A DNA stretch of 64,000 bases from a virus: IMG/VR virus record IMGVR_UViG_3300015371_000010, positions 1-64,000 of that record; one strand, given 5' to 3'. The stretch's first letter is position 1; each line of letters begins with the position of its first letter. Both the position numbers and the translations under genes were made by a program. The notes beneath the pieces are model-generated. The model was not told where the DNA came from and searched no databases. It saw nothing but the letters and a program-made list of their open reading frames with translations. Shown piece after piece: positions 35,233 through 45,666 of the stretch.

Positions 35233-36812
35233 TGGGCACCGACTGGGGAGCGTATGAGAACTCCGGAGGCCGAGGCATCCGGTGTGGTCTCACCTACAAC
35301 TGGCAGGCGGTCGGCCATGGAGACGGCAATGCGCACCTGGACCTCGACTGCCTGACCCAGAACAGCGCCAAGTACAACAACGACGCCCAGAGCCTGAACA
35401 TCTCCGGTGACTGGACCTTCACGGTCAACTACACCAACGACCAGGGCACCGGGGTCATCACTCGAAACTCGCGCACGCTCGCCTGGTCCTACCCTGGCAA
35501 CTCCTACGGCTCCTCACCGGGCAACATCACCGTCAAGTCCCTGCTCAGCGGGGCGGACAACGGGGTCACTCCTGGTGTCCAGGTCACGTTGGCGATCCCG
35601 GCTCGGCCCTATGGAGCGCCGAATGCGCCGTTCTTCCAGTCCGCGCAGGCCCAGTCCGACACCCAGATCCTGGTGCAGTGGCTGCAGCAGCCCACCGTTG
35701 GTGAGCCGTACCAAGCGGTCTACGTAGACCGGTACACCTACAACTTCGAGTCCTGGACCCGGATCATGAACGGCGGCGCGACCGGGGCCACCTCCGGCTC
35801 GGTGATGGCCGGCGCCCAGGCGAACCGGAAGTACACCTATCGGGTCTGGGCGGCCAACAGCGCTGGCAGCTCGGCGGCGGTGCAGACCAACGATGAGTAC
35901 ACCTCGCCGGGAGCTCCCGTGGGCGTGAGCCGGACCACGGCGGGCACCACCCAGAACCTGGCCTGGACCAACAACGTCGGCTATAGCGAGTACCAGACCG
36001 AGATCTGGGTCTCGGTCAACGGGGGCGGCTGGTCCCTGCTGGCCACCAAGGCAGCCGGAGTCACCACGCACGCGCACACCGGCACCTCGGTGGCGAACAA
36101 GTACAAGTACCAGCTCCGAACCAAGGCCACCGAAGAGCTCTCGCTCTACTCGGCCTACGTGGTGACCGACGAGTCCTCAGGTGTCACGACAGCCCCAGCC
36201 GCCCCGACCGCACTGGCTCCCGGTGGCGACATCGTGGTCGATGGCCTCAACCCCGTGGTGATGAGCTGGACCTACAACAGCACCGACGGCTCGGACCAGA
36301 CCCAGTTCGAGCTCCAGCACCGGGAGGTGGGCACCAGTACCTGGAATGTCACCTCGCCACCGGTGAACATCACCGCGACCCGGAACTACACCCTTGCCGG
36401 TGGCACCTACGACTACTCCAAGCACGTGGAGTGGCAGGTACGCACCTGGGGTGTGAACACCTCGCTGCCCTCGCCCTGGGCCTCGGCGTCCTTCCTGACT
36501 GCGGACGAGGTGCCGGTCAAGTACCCGCTGGTGATCAACCTGTCCTCGGGCCGGGTGGAGGCACTCTCCGGTGGTGGCGCGGCCGGGGTCGGGGATGCGA
36601 ACGTCTTCTACTACGAGCAGAACTACACCACGGCCACCACCACGGTGGGCTACAACCATGGCCTGGGGACCAAGGGACTGGAGATCGAGTTCTACGACTC
36701 GGGTGGAGTCCAGCGGTTCGGAGACGTGACCAAGACCGCCGACACGATCACCATGACTTTCTATCACCCAGTGACTGGGCTGATGATCGTGTACGGCGCG
36801 GTTGCGGCCTAA
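35232..36812 (+). CDS. Minor tail protein with fibronectin type III-like repeats
   Basis: YTYRVWAANSAG, YKYQLR, VEWQVRTWG. Confidence 0.7.
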   Translation: MGTDWGAYENSGGRGIRCGLTYNWQAVGHGDGNAHLDLDCLTQNSAKYNNDAQSLNISGDWTFTVNYTNDQGTGVITRNSRTLAWSYPGNSYGSSPGNITVKSLLSGADNGVTPGVQVTLAIPARPYGAPNAPFFQSAQAQSDTQILVQWLQQPTVGEPYQAVYVDRYTYNFESWTRIMNGGATGATSGSVMAGAQANRKYTYRVWAANSAGSSAAVQTNDEYTSPGAPVGVSRTTAGTTQNLAWTNNVGYSEYQTEIWVSVNGGGWSLLATKAAGVTTHAHTGTSVANKYKYQLRTKATEELSLYSAYVVTDESSGVTTAPAAPTALAPGGDIVVDGLNPVVMSWTYNSTDGSDQTQFELQHREVGTSTWNVTSPPVNITATRNYTLAGGTYDYSKHVEWQVRTWGVNTSLPSPWASASFLTADEVPVKYPLVINLSSGRVEALSGGGAAGVGDANVFYYEQNYTTATTTVGYNHGLGTKGLEIEFYDSGGVQRFGDVTKTADTITMTFYHPVTGLMIVYGAVAA

Positions 36813-36827
36813 GGACGAGGAGACGCG

Positions 36828-38174
36828 ATGCCCACCTTCGACTCACAGGTGAAGTTCACCAAGATCCCCACCGTGGATCTGGTGGCACCGCAGGCGGCCG
36901 CAGCCTCGCCACCGGCCTCGCCCATCGCGGGCCAGCTCTGGTACGACACCACCAACAACCAGCTCAAGGTCTGCACCAACGCCACCGGACCGGTCTGGAC
37001 CCAGTGCGACAACGCTGCGGTCGCCAACCTCACCGACGGGGACAAGGGCGACATCACCATCTCCTCGGGCATCTGGACCATCGACAACCTGGTGGTCACC
37101 GCGGCCAAGATCGCCAATGCCACGATCACCGACACCCAGATCGCCGCCGGCAACAAGGACGGCACCACTGCCGTGCCGTCGATGCGCACCCTGGGGTTCA
37201 GCGGCAACTCGGCCATGCCCGGCACCGCCTCCCTCAACCAGCTGGCCTCGCCCACCGCGCTGATCAACATGAACGGGCAGCGGCTGACCCAGCTGGGCGC
37301 TTCGGCGGCCGGCACGGACGCGGTCAACCGCAACGAGCTGGACGCGGTGGCTGCCGGCTTGGACTCCAAGGGCAGTGTGCGAGTGGCCACCACCGCGAAC
37401 ATCACCCTGTCCGGCACGCAGACCATCGATACCGTGGCTGTAGTGGTTGGCGACCGGGTGCTGGTGATGAACCAGAGCACCGCGGCGAACAACGGCATCT
37501 ACGTGGTCGCCTCGGGCGCGTGGACCAGGGCCACCGACATGGACAGCTGGATCGAGGTGCCCGGGGCCTACACCTTCGTCGAGGACGGCTCGGCCAACAT
37601 CAACAACGGCTACGTGTGCACCTCCAAGGCCGGCGGCACCCTGGGCACCACCGCGATCACCTGGACCCAGTTCTCCGGGGCCGGTCAGATCACCGACGGC
37701 ATCGGACTGCTGAAGACCGGGAACACCCTGGATGTCCGGCTGGACAACACCACCATCGAGGCGCCCTCGGACATCCTGCAGGTCAAGGCGGGCGGGATCG
37801 GTGGCACTCAGCTGGCCACGGGTGCGGTGGACCTGACCACCGCCAAGGTCGCCGGCATCCTGCCCCCGGCCAAGGGCGGAACCGGTGCCGATGCCACCAC
37901 CGCGGCCGGTCAGCTCAGCGTTCGGCAGAACCTGGGCGTGATGGGTCAGTACGCCACCCTGTCGCCCTCGTTGACCGCCGGGGTCTGGGCCACCATCACT
38001 CACAACATGCAGTCCCGAGCTCGGCACGTCTCCTTCGAGGAGGTGTCCTCTGGTGAGGGCCGGCTCCTGGACTGGCGGGTGAACTCCACCAACCCGCTCA
38101 CCCAGATCGACATCCGCTGTGACGTGCCCGGGGGCCGGGCGGCCAGCTACTACAACGTGAACGTTGGCTGTTGA
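36828..38174 (+). CDS. Tail fibre protein
   Basis: GQLWYDTT; VRVATTANITLSGTQTID...GDRVLV.NQ...NGIY...AWTRA. Confidence 0.75.
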   Translation: MPTFDSQVKFTKIPTVDLVAPQAAAASPPASPIAGQLWYDTTNNQLKVCTNATGPVWTQCDNAAVANLTDGDKGDITISSGIWTIDNLVVTAAKIANATITDTQIAAGNKDGTTAVPSMRTLGFSGNSAMPGTASLNQLASPTALINMNGQRLTQLGASAAGTDAVNRNELDAVAAGLDSKGSVRVATTANITLSGTQTIDTVAVVVGDRVLVMNQSTAANNGIYVVASGAWTRATDMDSWIEVPGAYTFVEDGSANINNGYVCTSKAGGTLGTTAITWTQFSGAGQITDGIGLLKTGNTLDVRLDNTTIEAPSDILQVKAGGIGGTQLATGAVDLTTAKVAGILPPAKGGTGADATTAAGQLSVRQNLGVMGQYATLSPSLTAGVWATITHNMQSRARHVSFEEVSSGEGRLLDWRVNSTNPLTQIDIRCDVPGGRAASYYNVNVGC

Positions 38175-39859
38175 TGCCAGGACTCGACGCGCCACTGGAC
38201 ATGGCCCAGCTGGGTTCCCCGACCAGAACCCCGACGACCGGGCGGACCTTCCTCTATCCCCGGGCCGACGGGCTGATGTGGGTGAAGACGCCGTCCTCGG
38301 AGTATGCCCTTCAGGTGGCCCAGCAGGCGGTCTCGCTGATCGCCAACGGGGACATGGAGATAGCCAAGGCCGGCACCCCACCGGTCGAGCCCTTGGCCTG
38401 GAGCGGCTTCTGGCACTCAGGCACCACCTCGGTGGCTCAGGACACCACCGTGTACGCCGGCGGGCTGGCCTCGCTCAAGGCCACCATCTCGGCAACCGCT
38501 GGTGACAACGTGGTCTGTCAGTCCGATGTGTTCCCGGTCCAGGGCGGCAGCACGCTGCTGCTGGACTACGACATGAAGGGCGAGGTGGGCGCTCAGTTCA
38601 CCTGCGAGCTGCAGACCTCGGCGGATGCCAGCAACGGCGCGCCGAACTTCTTCGCCACCGGCACCTATGTGACCGGTGGTGCGCCGGTGGTGTTCTCCAA
38701 CACCAACTGGACTCATGCCACCCGCGCGCTGGCCATCCCGGCCAACCACACCCTGGCCCGGATCAACTTCCGACTCGGTCACGTCGGCTCGGACGCAGCG
38801 GCTCACACCGGCTACATCGACAACGTGGTGGCCAGGATGGATGCCACCGCGGCTCCTAAGGCGAACTGGCCGCTGGTGGAGTGCCGGCTGGTCTCCACCA
38901 CCAACATCACCCTGTCCGGAAACCAGAGCATCGACTCCTTCACCACCGCGGCCGGGGACCGGATCCTGGTGGCCGGACAGACCACGGCCGCCGACAACGG
39001 CATCTACCTGGCCGACGCCGCGGCCTGGATCCGCGCCGGCGATGCAGACACCGCGGCCGAGCTGGCCGGGGCGATGGTGGCCATCCAGGCCGGCTCGGTC
39101 AACGGCGGCACCAGGTGGGGCACCAGCTTCCGGGCCACCGACGTGGTGGGCAGCACCGCGATGAACTGGGCCAACCTCAGCGTGGAGACGCTGGAGTGGC
39201 AGATGCTGTTCCTGAACGCGAACTACACGGGCACCACTGGCGGCGGGATCATGCCGTTCAAGACGGTGAGCGGTACCGGCGGCGGGATGACCGTGGACTC
39301 CTTCGGCCGGCATGTGGTGGCCAAGGCCGGGGTCTACCACGTGGCGGTCCAGTTCGAGTTCACCAACGCCGGCTCCGGGTACGCCATCGAGCGGATGAAC
39401 CTGATCCGGGGCGGGACCGCGATCAAGGTGGTGGAGACCGTGGAGTCCGGTGCCGGCTGGCACTCCGGGGTGGTCTTCGCCGACTGGGACTGCCAGGCCG
39501 GGGACATCTTCGAGGCGTTCGTGGCCTGTCAGACGGCGGGCCAGGTGCAGTTCGAGAACACCCGGAACCAGTTCATCGCGCATCGGTTGGCCACCGCGGC
39601 CCCGGCCGGTGCCGGAGGCGGGGGCGGCGCGGCGGGGCAGACGGTGGCCTCGCCGGCGATGGCCACGGCTGGGACCTGGTACTCGGTCTCCCACACCCTG
39701 GGCGTGCAGGTGCGCGAGGTGACCGCGGTGGACTCCTCGGGGGAGACCAGGCTGGTCGACTGGCGGCCCACCAGCGGGTCCATCGCCTCCTCGATCGACG
39801 TGCGCAGTGGGCTGGGCTCGCTGGCCGCCGGCTACTACAACCTGTATCTGGAGGGCTGA
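38174..39859 (+). CDS. Tail fibre/receptor-binding protein
   Basis: CBM-like LIANGDME domain and second NITLSG...GDRILV...NGIY module. Confidence 0.7.
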   Translation: MPGLDAPLDMAQLGSPTRTPTTGRTFLYPRADGLMWVKTPSSEYALQVAQQAVSLIANGDMEIAKAGTPPVEPLAWSGFWHSGTTSVAQDTTVYAGGLASLKATISATAGDNVVCQSDVFPVQGGSTLLLDYDMKGEVGAQFTCELQTSADASNGAPNFFATGTYVTGGAPVVFSNTNWTHATRALAIPANHTLARINFRLGHVGSDAAAHTGYIDNVVARMDATAAPKANWPLVECRLVSTTNITLSGNQSIDSFTTAAGDRILVAGQTTAADNGIYLADAAAWIRAGDADTAAELAGAMVAIQAGSVNGGTRWGTSFRATDVVGSTAMNWANLSVETLEWQMLFLNANYTGTTGGGIMPFKTVSGTGGGMTVDSFGRHVVAKAGVYHVAVQFEFTNAGSGYAIERMNLIRGGTAIKVVETVESGAGWHSGVVFADWDCQAGDIFEAFVACQTAGQVQFENTRNQFIAHRLATAAPAGAGGGGGAAGQTVASPAMATAGTWYSVSHTLGVQVREVTAVDSSGETRLVDWRPTSGSIASSIDVRSGLGSLAAGYYNLYLEG

Positions 39860-41193
39860 TGCCCGGTTACGACGCGCCCCTGGACCTGGCCGAGATCCCG
39901 ACTCCGAGTTGGAACCCGGCAACGGGCCGGAACCAGCTCTACACCAAGACCGACGACGTGTTGTACCGGAAGAACTCGGCCGGCATCGAGACCCCGATCG
40001 GGCTGGGCCAGCCGGGCTACGAGGTACGGGGCGGCTGCAACATCCCGTTGAACTCTACGGGTGCAACCACCGGCTGGCTCCAGATCACAGGTACGCCCAC
40101 GACGATCACCGTCGACCCATTGATGGGCGGAATGGCGCTGGGCAGCAACGGGCTCACCGTGCCAGTGACCGGCTACTACCTCGTCACCGGGATCGCCTCG
40201 TTCAACACCGGCTCCTCGGCCACCGGGCGCAAAGGTGTCGGGGTCGGGATCAACGGGGCGCTTCCCACGAACGCGCAGCTCGTGGACACCAACGCCAACA
40301 ACGCCTCGGGGAATCTACCGGTCTCATACTGCCTGGCGCTGAATGCCGGGGACACTCTTGGGGTCTGGCGCTACATCGACGCAGCGAACATCTTCAACGG
40401 GGTCACCGGTGTCCTCCAAGCGGTGCTGCTCTCCGGTGGGAGCAGCGCTCCGGCGGCGGCTGGGTTCCGGGGACCGGGCCAGACCCTCTCCAATGCGGCG
40501 GTTGCCGCTGTGGACCTTTCCGCTACGCCGGACCACAACATCGGTGGGGTGTTCTCCGTCGCCGGGAGTGTGGTCACGGTGGCGCGGGCCGGGGTCTACG
40601 CCTTCTCCGCCAACGTCACCTTCGACGCGGTGGGGGCGGGCGGTCGGCGGCTGCTGACTCTGGAGACGTGGACTGGTGCCGATCCCGGAGTCAGCCTTGC
40701 CACCCAATTGGGTCGTGCAGAGATAGCCGCCTCATCGGCCTCCTACTTCAGCGCCGTCGTCGCCGATCAGGCCAACCTCGCGGCGGGGGCGAAACTGCGG
40801 TTGGCGGCCTATCAGATCAGCGGCGGGACCATGAGCATCCTCCCCGCCTCGAACCTCGCGCCGAGGCTCAACGTCCACCAGGTGCCGACCGCGCTGTTCT
40901 CTGCCCCGGACATCCCCTGGACCTCGCTGACGCCCACCGCGAACATGACCGGGACCATCCAGTACACCCGTAGGTCGGGCAACGTCTACGTGGAGATGGC
41001 GGGCAGCAAGTCCGGCACGTCCGGTGCCATCCTGGCCACCCTCCCGCCCGGCTGCTGGCCGGCAGTGCAGGTGATCCGCCCTGCCGTGCAGGCGGGGGGA
41101 GTGCAGTCCGGGGTCTTCGTGGACACCGTCGGCAACATCAAGTCCGACTATGGCACCGGTGCCTACGGCGGCTTCTCGTTCCCGGCGGCCTGA
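39859..41193 (+). CDS. Tail fibre/receptor-binding protein
   Basis: ATG at 39859; N-terminus paralogous to the 38174 gene; C-terminal YTRR.GNVYV...ATLP.G..P fibre-tip motif. Confidence 0.7.
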   Translation: MPGYDAPLDLAEIPTPSWNPATGRNQLYTKTDDVLYRKNSAGIETPIGLGQPGYEVRGGCNIPLNSTGATTGWLQITGTPTTITVDPLMGGMALGSNGLTVPVTGYYLVTGIASFNTGSSATGRKGVGVGINGALPTNAQLVDTNANNASGNLPVSYCLALNAGDTLGVWRYIDAANIFNGVTGVLQAVLLSGGSSAPAAAGFRGPGQTLSNAAVAAVDLSATPDHNIGGVFSVAGSVVTVARAGVYAFSANVTFDAVGAGGRRLLTLETWTGADPGVSLATQLGRAEIAASSASYFSAVVADQANLAAGAKLRLAAYQISGGTMSILPASNLAPRLNVHQVPTALFSAPDIPWTSLTPTANMTGTIQYTRRSGNVYVEMAGSKSGTSGAILATLPPGCWPAVQVIRPAVQAGGVQSGVFVDTVGNIKSDYGTGAYGGFSFPAA

Positions 41194-41254
41194 GAGGAGA
41201 CGATATGAGCTATCTGACCCAGAGTGCCATTGCGGCGGACAACTAGGAGGAGTC

Positions 41255-41527
41255 ATGAAGCTCGACGGAGACATCATCAAGAACGAGCCGGTGCTGATCA
41301 CCGGATTCGTGGAGGCCGTGCTGGTGCTGCTGCTGGCCTTCGGTGTGGACCTGGACAACGACAAGATCGCCGCGATCATGGCGGTGGTCACCATCGGCCT
41401 GGCCATCCTGGCGCGGAAGTTCACCACGCCCACCAACAAGGTCACCCCGCAGCCGGAGGCTGAGGACAAGCCGATGTTCCCCGAGGAGCCGCCCCCAGCG
41501 CCGCCGCCAGTGCCGCCGAGCGTCTAG
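41255..41527 (+). CDS. Holin
   Basis: NEPVLI...AFGVDL... two TM segments, R...TP motif; AGGAGG SD. Confidence 0.75.
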   Translation: MKLDGDIIKNEPVLITGFVEAVLVLLLAFGVDLDNDKIAAIMAVVTIGLAILARKFTTPTNKVTPQPEAEDKPMFPEEPPPAPPPVPPSV

Positions 41528-41561
41528 CCAGCGATGAGACCATCTGAACAAGGAGGCAGCC

Positions 41562-41888
41562 ATGCCAGGAACCACCCCCGCCCAGGGCTTTCGCGTCCCG
41601 GTGGCCGGCGATGACCCCGATGTCGTAGACGACATGACCCAGCTCGCCAAGATGATCGAGAAGCGGGTGATCGGGGTCTACGCCAATGCATCCGCGCGAG
41701 ACACCGCGACCGCAGCGGCCGGGCTGGAGGAGGGCATGTTCGCCTTCACCAGGGACAACAACCAGGTCTACTACTTCGATGGTGCGACCTGGCAGGCCTG
41801 GCCGGCGATCCCGCCGGCGATCACCTCGGGCACCTCGGTCCCGCCGAACTCCAGCGGCAACAACGGCGACGTGTTCTTCCAGGTGTAG
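41562..41888 (+). CDS. Minor tail protein
   Basis: YANASARD...EGM...YYFDG.TW; SGT..P...G.NGDV. Confidence 0.65.
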   Translation: MPGTTPAQGFRVPVAGDDPDVVDDMTQLAKMIEKRVIGVYANASARDTATAAAGLEEGMFAFTRDNNQVYYFDGATWQAWPAIPPAITSGTSVPPNSSGNNGDVFFQV

Positions 41889-41890
41889 TA

Positions 41891-42994
41891 GTGGCGCTCT
41901 ACCAGAAGGTCGACGACGAGTGGGTGCTCTGCCAGCGCCCCTACGTCAAGTACTCCGGGATCTGGACCGCCTGCACCAACGCCTACGTGAAGCGGTCCGG
42001 AGTCTGGGTCAAGGCCTACTCCTACGACACCACGCCTCCGGTCAAGCCCGAGGTCGGGCTGATCCTGGTCGAGGACTTCGACACCGTCGGTGGCAAGAAG
42101 ACCCTGAAGACCCGCTACATCCGGGTCGGGGTGCGGATGCCGCTCGCGGCCCACGACCCCACGGTGCCGATGATCCGGGTGCTCACCGACTACGGCGGTC
42201 AGGCGCCGACCACGCCGTTCGGTGGCACCTACACCTCGCAGACCGACAGCAGCTACCCCTACGAGCCCTGGAGCGACTGGACCTACGGGGCTGGTCGGCA
42301 CGGAGACAACTCCAAGCTGATCTACAAGCAGTGGCCGCGGAACGCCACCGACGGCACCCAGCTCAAGGGCGACACCAACTACCACTTCGGGGCCTGGGCG
42401 GTGGACCAGAACGGAAACTGGTCGCTGGCCACCCAGGCTCAGCTGAACATCCCCAAGGGCGGGGTGGATGAGCCCCGGGTGCTCAAGCGCGAGGTCGGCT
42501 TCCTGCCCAACGCCACCGGCTCCTGGAAGCGGAACGAGTGGGCGGCTGGTCGGCTGATCCAGCAGAAGTCCCCGCGCTCGATGGGGCTGTGGATGTACGG
42601 CCGGCAGTTCCCGGACAACTTCAGCACCAAGTCCCGGATCACCTCGGCCCAGGTCTACATCTACCGGCACAACGACTCGGGTGCGGCCAACGCCAACATC
42701 TACATGTTCTGGCACGCCTACAAGAACACCGCCGACTTGCCGGCCACCGGCGGCGCGATCGTGCGCAACCAGACCCAGAAGCTGGGCCAGCTGGCCAAGG
42801 GCCAGGGCAAGTGGTTCGACCTGCCCGGCCAGTTCCGGGACGACATCAAGGACGGCTCGGCCAAGGGGTTCGGGCTGGACTGGAAGGACCCGGCCAAGGC
42901 CGACGCCAACGCCAACGACTACTCCCTGGTGGCCACTACCGCCGAGGTCCCGCGGTGCGGCGAGATCCACATCATCTGGGAAGAGGACGTGTAG
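41891..42994 (+). CDS. Minor tail protein
   Basis: Repeated YVK.SG.W N-terminus; 367 aa. Confidence 0.6.
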   Translation: MALYQKVDDEWVLCQRPYVKYSGIWTACTNAYVKRSGVWVKAYSYDTTPPVKPEVGLILVEDFDTVGGKKTLKTRYIRVGVRMPLAAHDPTVPMIRVLTDYGGQAPTTPFGGTYTSQTDSSYPYEPWSDWTYGAGRHGDNSKLIYKQWPRNATDGTQLKGDTNYHFGAWAVDQNGNWSLATQAQLNIPKGGVDEPRVLKREVGFLPNATGSWKRNEWAAGRLIQQKSPRSMGLWMYGRQFPDNFSTKSRITSAQVYIYRHNDSGAANANIYMFWHAYKNTADLPATGGAIVRNQTQKLGQLAKGQGKWFDLPGQFRDDIKDGSAKGFGLDWKDPAKADANANDYSLVATTAEVPRCGEIHIIWEEDV

Positions 42995-43036
42995 TTCGGG
43001 CACCGTACGACTAGGCAACTAGGGAAGGATGAAGAC

Positions 43037-43363
43037 ATGACCGCCAATCCGTATGAGCACGAGACCTCCGACTCCGACATCGAGATGGATGAGGGTGGCA
43101 GCGGCATCAAGGGGCAGATCGTGTACCCCGACCGTGAGGTGGACGCCGAGCAGGCGGGCCGGTTTGCGGCCATGAAGGAGGACGCGCTCAACCCGGACCG
43201 CCCGGATCAGAGCGGCTGGCAGAACCCGGCCGACCGGCCTGGTGAGGTGGAGGACGCCGAGGGCGCCGCCGAGGGCAAGCCCGGCGACGAGACCGGTGAA
43301 GAGACCGAGCCCGAGGGTGTTGGCGGCAATCCCTACGGCGACGGCAGCGACACGGAGGAGTAA
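43037..43363 (+). CDS. Acidic hypothetical protein
   Basis: 108 aa Asp/Glu-rich; coupled to the lysin gene. Confidence 0.65.
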   Translation: MTANPYEHETSDSDIEMDEGGSGIKGQIVYPDREVDAEQAGRFAAMKEDALNPDRPDQSGWQNPADRPGEVEDAEGAAEGKPGDETGEETEPEGVGGNPYGDGSDTEE

Positions 43364-43773
43364 TGGCATATCGCGCCAGCGTGTGCGCACGCAATGCAGA
43401 GAACGACCGGCACAACGCCCCGGGCTACTGCCTACAGCAGGTGCGCACCTGGTGCGGTATCCCAGCCAGGTACGGGACCGCAGCCCTGGCCTGGGCCAAC
43501 ACCAATGACCGGCACACCGATCGGCGCCCTCCGCGTGGTGCCCCGGTGTTCTGGACCGGGGGCTCTCGGAGCTATGGCCATATCGCGCTGAGCCTGGGAG
43601 ACCGGAATAAGGACGGCACCTTCATGGTGCGCTCCACCGACGTGAACGGCTATGGCGGAGTCGGCACGGTGGACCTGGGCTGGATCGAGCGGAACTGGCA
43701 CCTGAAGTACGTCGGCTGGTCCTGGGACCTCAATGAGGTCCGAATCCCGCACTCCAAGGGCAAGAACCGCTAG
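43363..43773 (+). CDS. Endolysin (CHAP/NlpC-P60-like cysteine peptidase)
   Basis: GYCLQQVR, TA..AW, PPRGAPVFW.GG...GHIALS.G, STD, YVGW. Confidence 0.8.
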   Translation: MAYRASVCARNAENDRHNAPGYCLQQVRTWCGIPARYGTAALAWANTNDRHTDRRPPRGAPVFWTGGSRSYGHIALSLGDRNKDGTFMVRSTDVNGYGGVGTVDLGWIERNWHLKYVGWSWDLNEVRIPHSKGKNR

Positions 43774-43795
43774 ATGTAGTGGATAGGATGGAGTC

Positions 43796-44113
43796 ATGGT
43801 CAGCGCCTGCATGATCACCGGCTCCTTCACCACTTCGCAGGGACGACCGGTCCAGGGCCTGGTCCGGTTCATACCCAGCAGGCTCTGGGTGGTGGTAGAC
43901 AACATCACCTGGGCCTGTCTGGCGCCCACGATCCAGACCGGCAGGGACGGCAGCTTCACTGCCTGGGTCACGGCCACCGACAACGATGCGGTGCCCTGGA
44001 CCTACCAGGTGGAGACACCAGCCGGCATCTGGACCACCTACATCCCCTGGATCGCCTCCGGCTACGCGCTGCCTGACCTGTTGCACGGCCATGGAGTAGA
44101 ACACTCCACATGA
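43796..44113 (+). CDS. Hypothetical protein (possible virion)
   Basis: G.P..G.VRF.P, DGSF...V.ATD...WTY.V. Confidence 0.6.
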   Translation: MVSACMITGSFTTSQGRPVQGLVRFIPSRLWVVVDNITWACLAPTIQTGRDGSFTAWVTATDNDAVPWTYQVETPAGIWTTYIPWIASGYALPDLLHGHGVEHST

Positions 44114-45612
44114 CGCTGATGCTGGGTCGGGCCCCCAGGACCGATGATGAGCTGTACGAGCTGGTCAAGGTCATGTGGGGGATCACCATCCCCCGGCACA
44201 AGGTGTGCGGCGAGCACGATGCCCCCTTCGACGCCTTCGCCTGCGCCTACTTCAACCGCGAGCCGCAGATCCTGATCCACGGCTCTCGTGGTCTGTCCGG
44301 GAAGTCCCGGCTGCTCTCCATCCTGGGCATCACCATGGCCGCGGTGAAGGGCTCGGACGTGAACATCGTCGGTGGCTCGCTGAACCAGTCGATCAACATC
44401 CACAACACCATCCGCGATGCCTGGGAGTCCGAGCACGCCCCGAACTACCTGGTCCGCGAGGAGAGCGCCACCAAGATCCGGCTGTTCAACAAGGCCGTGA
44501 TCATGCCGCTGACCGCCAGCCAGAAGACCGTGCGTGGCCCGCACCCACCGACCCTGTTGCTGGATGAGATCGACGAGATGGACCAGGCCATCTTCGATGC
44601 GGCCAAGGGCCAGCCGATGCCGCAGCAGAACTGGCGCGGGGAGATCGTCCGGCCGCAGACCGCGATGAGCTCGACCTGGCAGTACCCGGACAAGACCTTC
44701 GCGCACGAGTACCAGCGCTTCCAGGAGGAGGGGCTGCCGATCTTCACCTGGTGCTACCGGGACACCTCCAACCCGATCGATGGCTGGCTGGACCAGGAGA
44801 CCATCGACCAGAAGAAGCGCGAGATCCCGACCGAGATGTGGCGGGTGGAGTACGACCTGGGTGAGCCCTCGATCGGCAACCGTGCCATCGACTCCCAGGC
44901 GGTGGAGGAGATGTTCTCACTGCCCACCGACACCATCCACGAGTCGGTGCAGAAGGAGCGCCAGGAGTACCGGTTCGAGAACCCGAACTCCTCCGCGGAG
45001 TACGTGATCAGTGCGGACTGGGCTCAGGCCCAGGACTGGACGGTGATCACGGTGACCGATGTGAGCTTCTTCCCGGTCCGGGTGGTGCACTGGCTGCGGA
45101 TGCGCCGGCACCCCTACCCAGTGATGATCGGGCACTTCAACCGGCTGATGAAGGAGTACAACGCCGAGGGCATCCACGATGCCACTGGGCTCGGAGCCGT
45201 GGTCGCGGACTACGTGGACCGGCGGGCCCGGGGCTTCCTGATGACCGGTGCCCAGCGGGACAACATGCTCAGCGAGTACATCTCCGCGGTGGAGAACGGG
45301 AAGTGGCGCGCCCCTCGGATCCCGGTCTTCTACAAGTCCCACCTGTATGCCTCGGTGGAGATGATCTACGCGCGCGGCAAGGAGTTCCACCTGCCCGACG
45401 AGATCTGCTCGATGGCGCTGGGCTGGCGGCTGGTCTCCAAGCGGGCCATCCCGGCCCAGCCGATCATGGTGCCCGGTGACCACGGCCCGACCTGGATCGA
45501 GAAGGAGATGCAGGAGAACCGGGACGCCAAGCGGAAGCCAGGTCCCTGGGTGGTCGGCTCGGTGCAGAACAAGTCCGATGAGGTGCCCGAGGAGTTCGAC
45601 CTGATGGTCTGA
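44110..45612 (+). CDS. terL: Terminase large subunit
   Basis: Walker A GSRGLSGKS, Walker B LLLDEIDE, MSST, nuclease SADWAQ..D.TV, DATGLG, PDE. Confidence 0.9.
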   Translation: MTLMLGRAPRTDDELYELVKVMWGITIPRHKVCGEHDAPFDAFACAYFNREPQILIHGSRGLSGKSRLLSILGITMAAVKGSDVNIVGGSLNQSINIHNTIRDAWESEHAPNYLVREESATKIRLFNKAVIMPLTASQKTVRGPHPPTLLLDEIDEMDQAIFDAAKGQPMPQQNWRGEIVRPQTAMSSTWQYPDKTFAHEYQRFQEEGLPIFTWCYRDTSNPIDGWLDQETIDQKKREIPTEMWRVEYDLGEPSIGNRAIDSQAVEEMFSLPTDTIHESVQKERQEYRFENPNSSAEYVISADWAQAQDWTVITVTDVSFFPVRVVHWLRMRRHPYPVMIGHFNRLMKEYNAEGIHDATGLGAVVADYVDRRARGFLMTGAQRDNMLSEYISAVENGKWRAPRIPVFYKSHLYASVEMIYARGKEFHLPDEICSMALGWRLVSKRAIPAQPIMVPGDHGPTWIEKEMQENRDAKRKPGPWVVGSVQNKSDEVPEEFDLMV

Positions 45613-45616
45613 ACAT

Positions 45617-45659
45617 GAGACAGCCCCTGATGCCTCGGGTACACCAGGGGCTGGGTCTC
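45617..45659. terminator. Hairpin between convergent genes
   Basis: CAGCCCCTG (45621-45629) / CAGGGGCTG (45645-45653), extended by GAGA/TCTC. Confidence 0.55.
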
Positions 45660-45666
45660 GTGGAGC

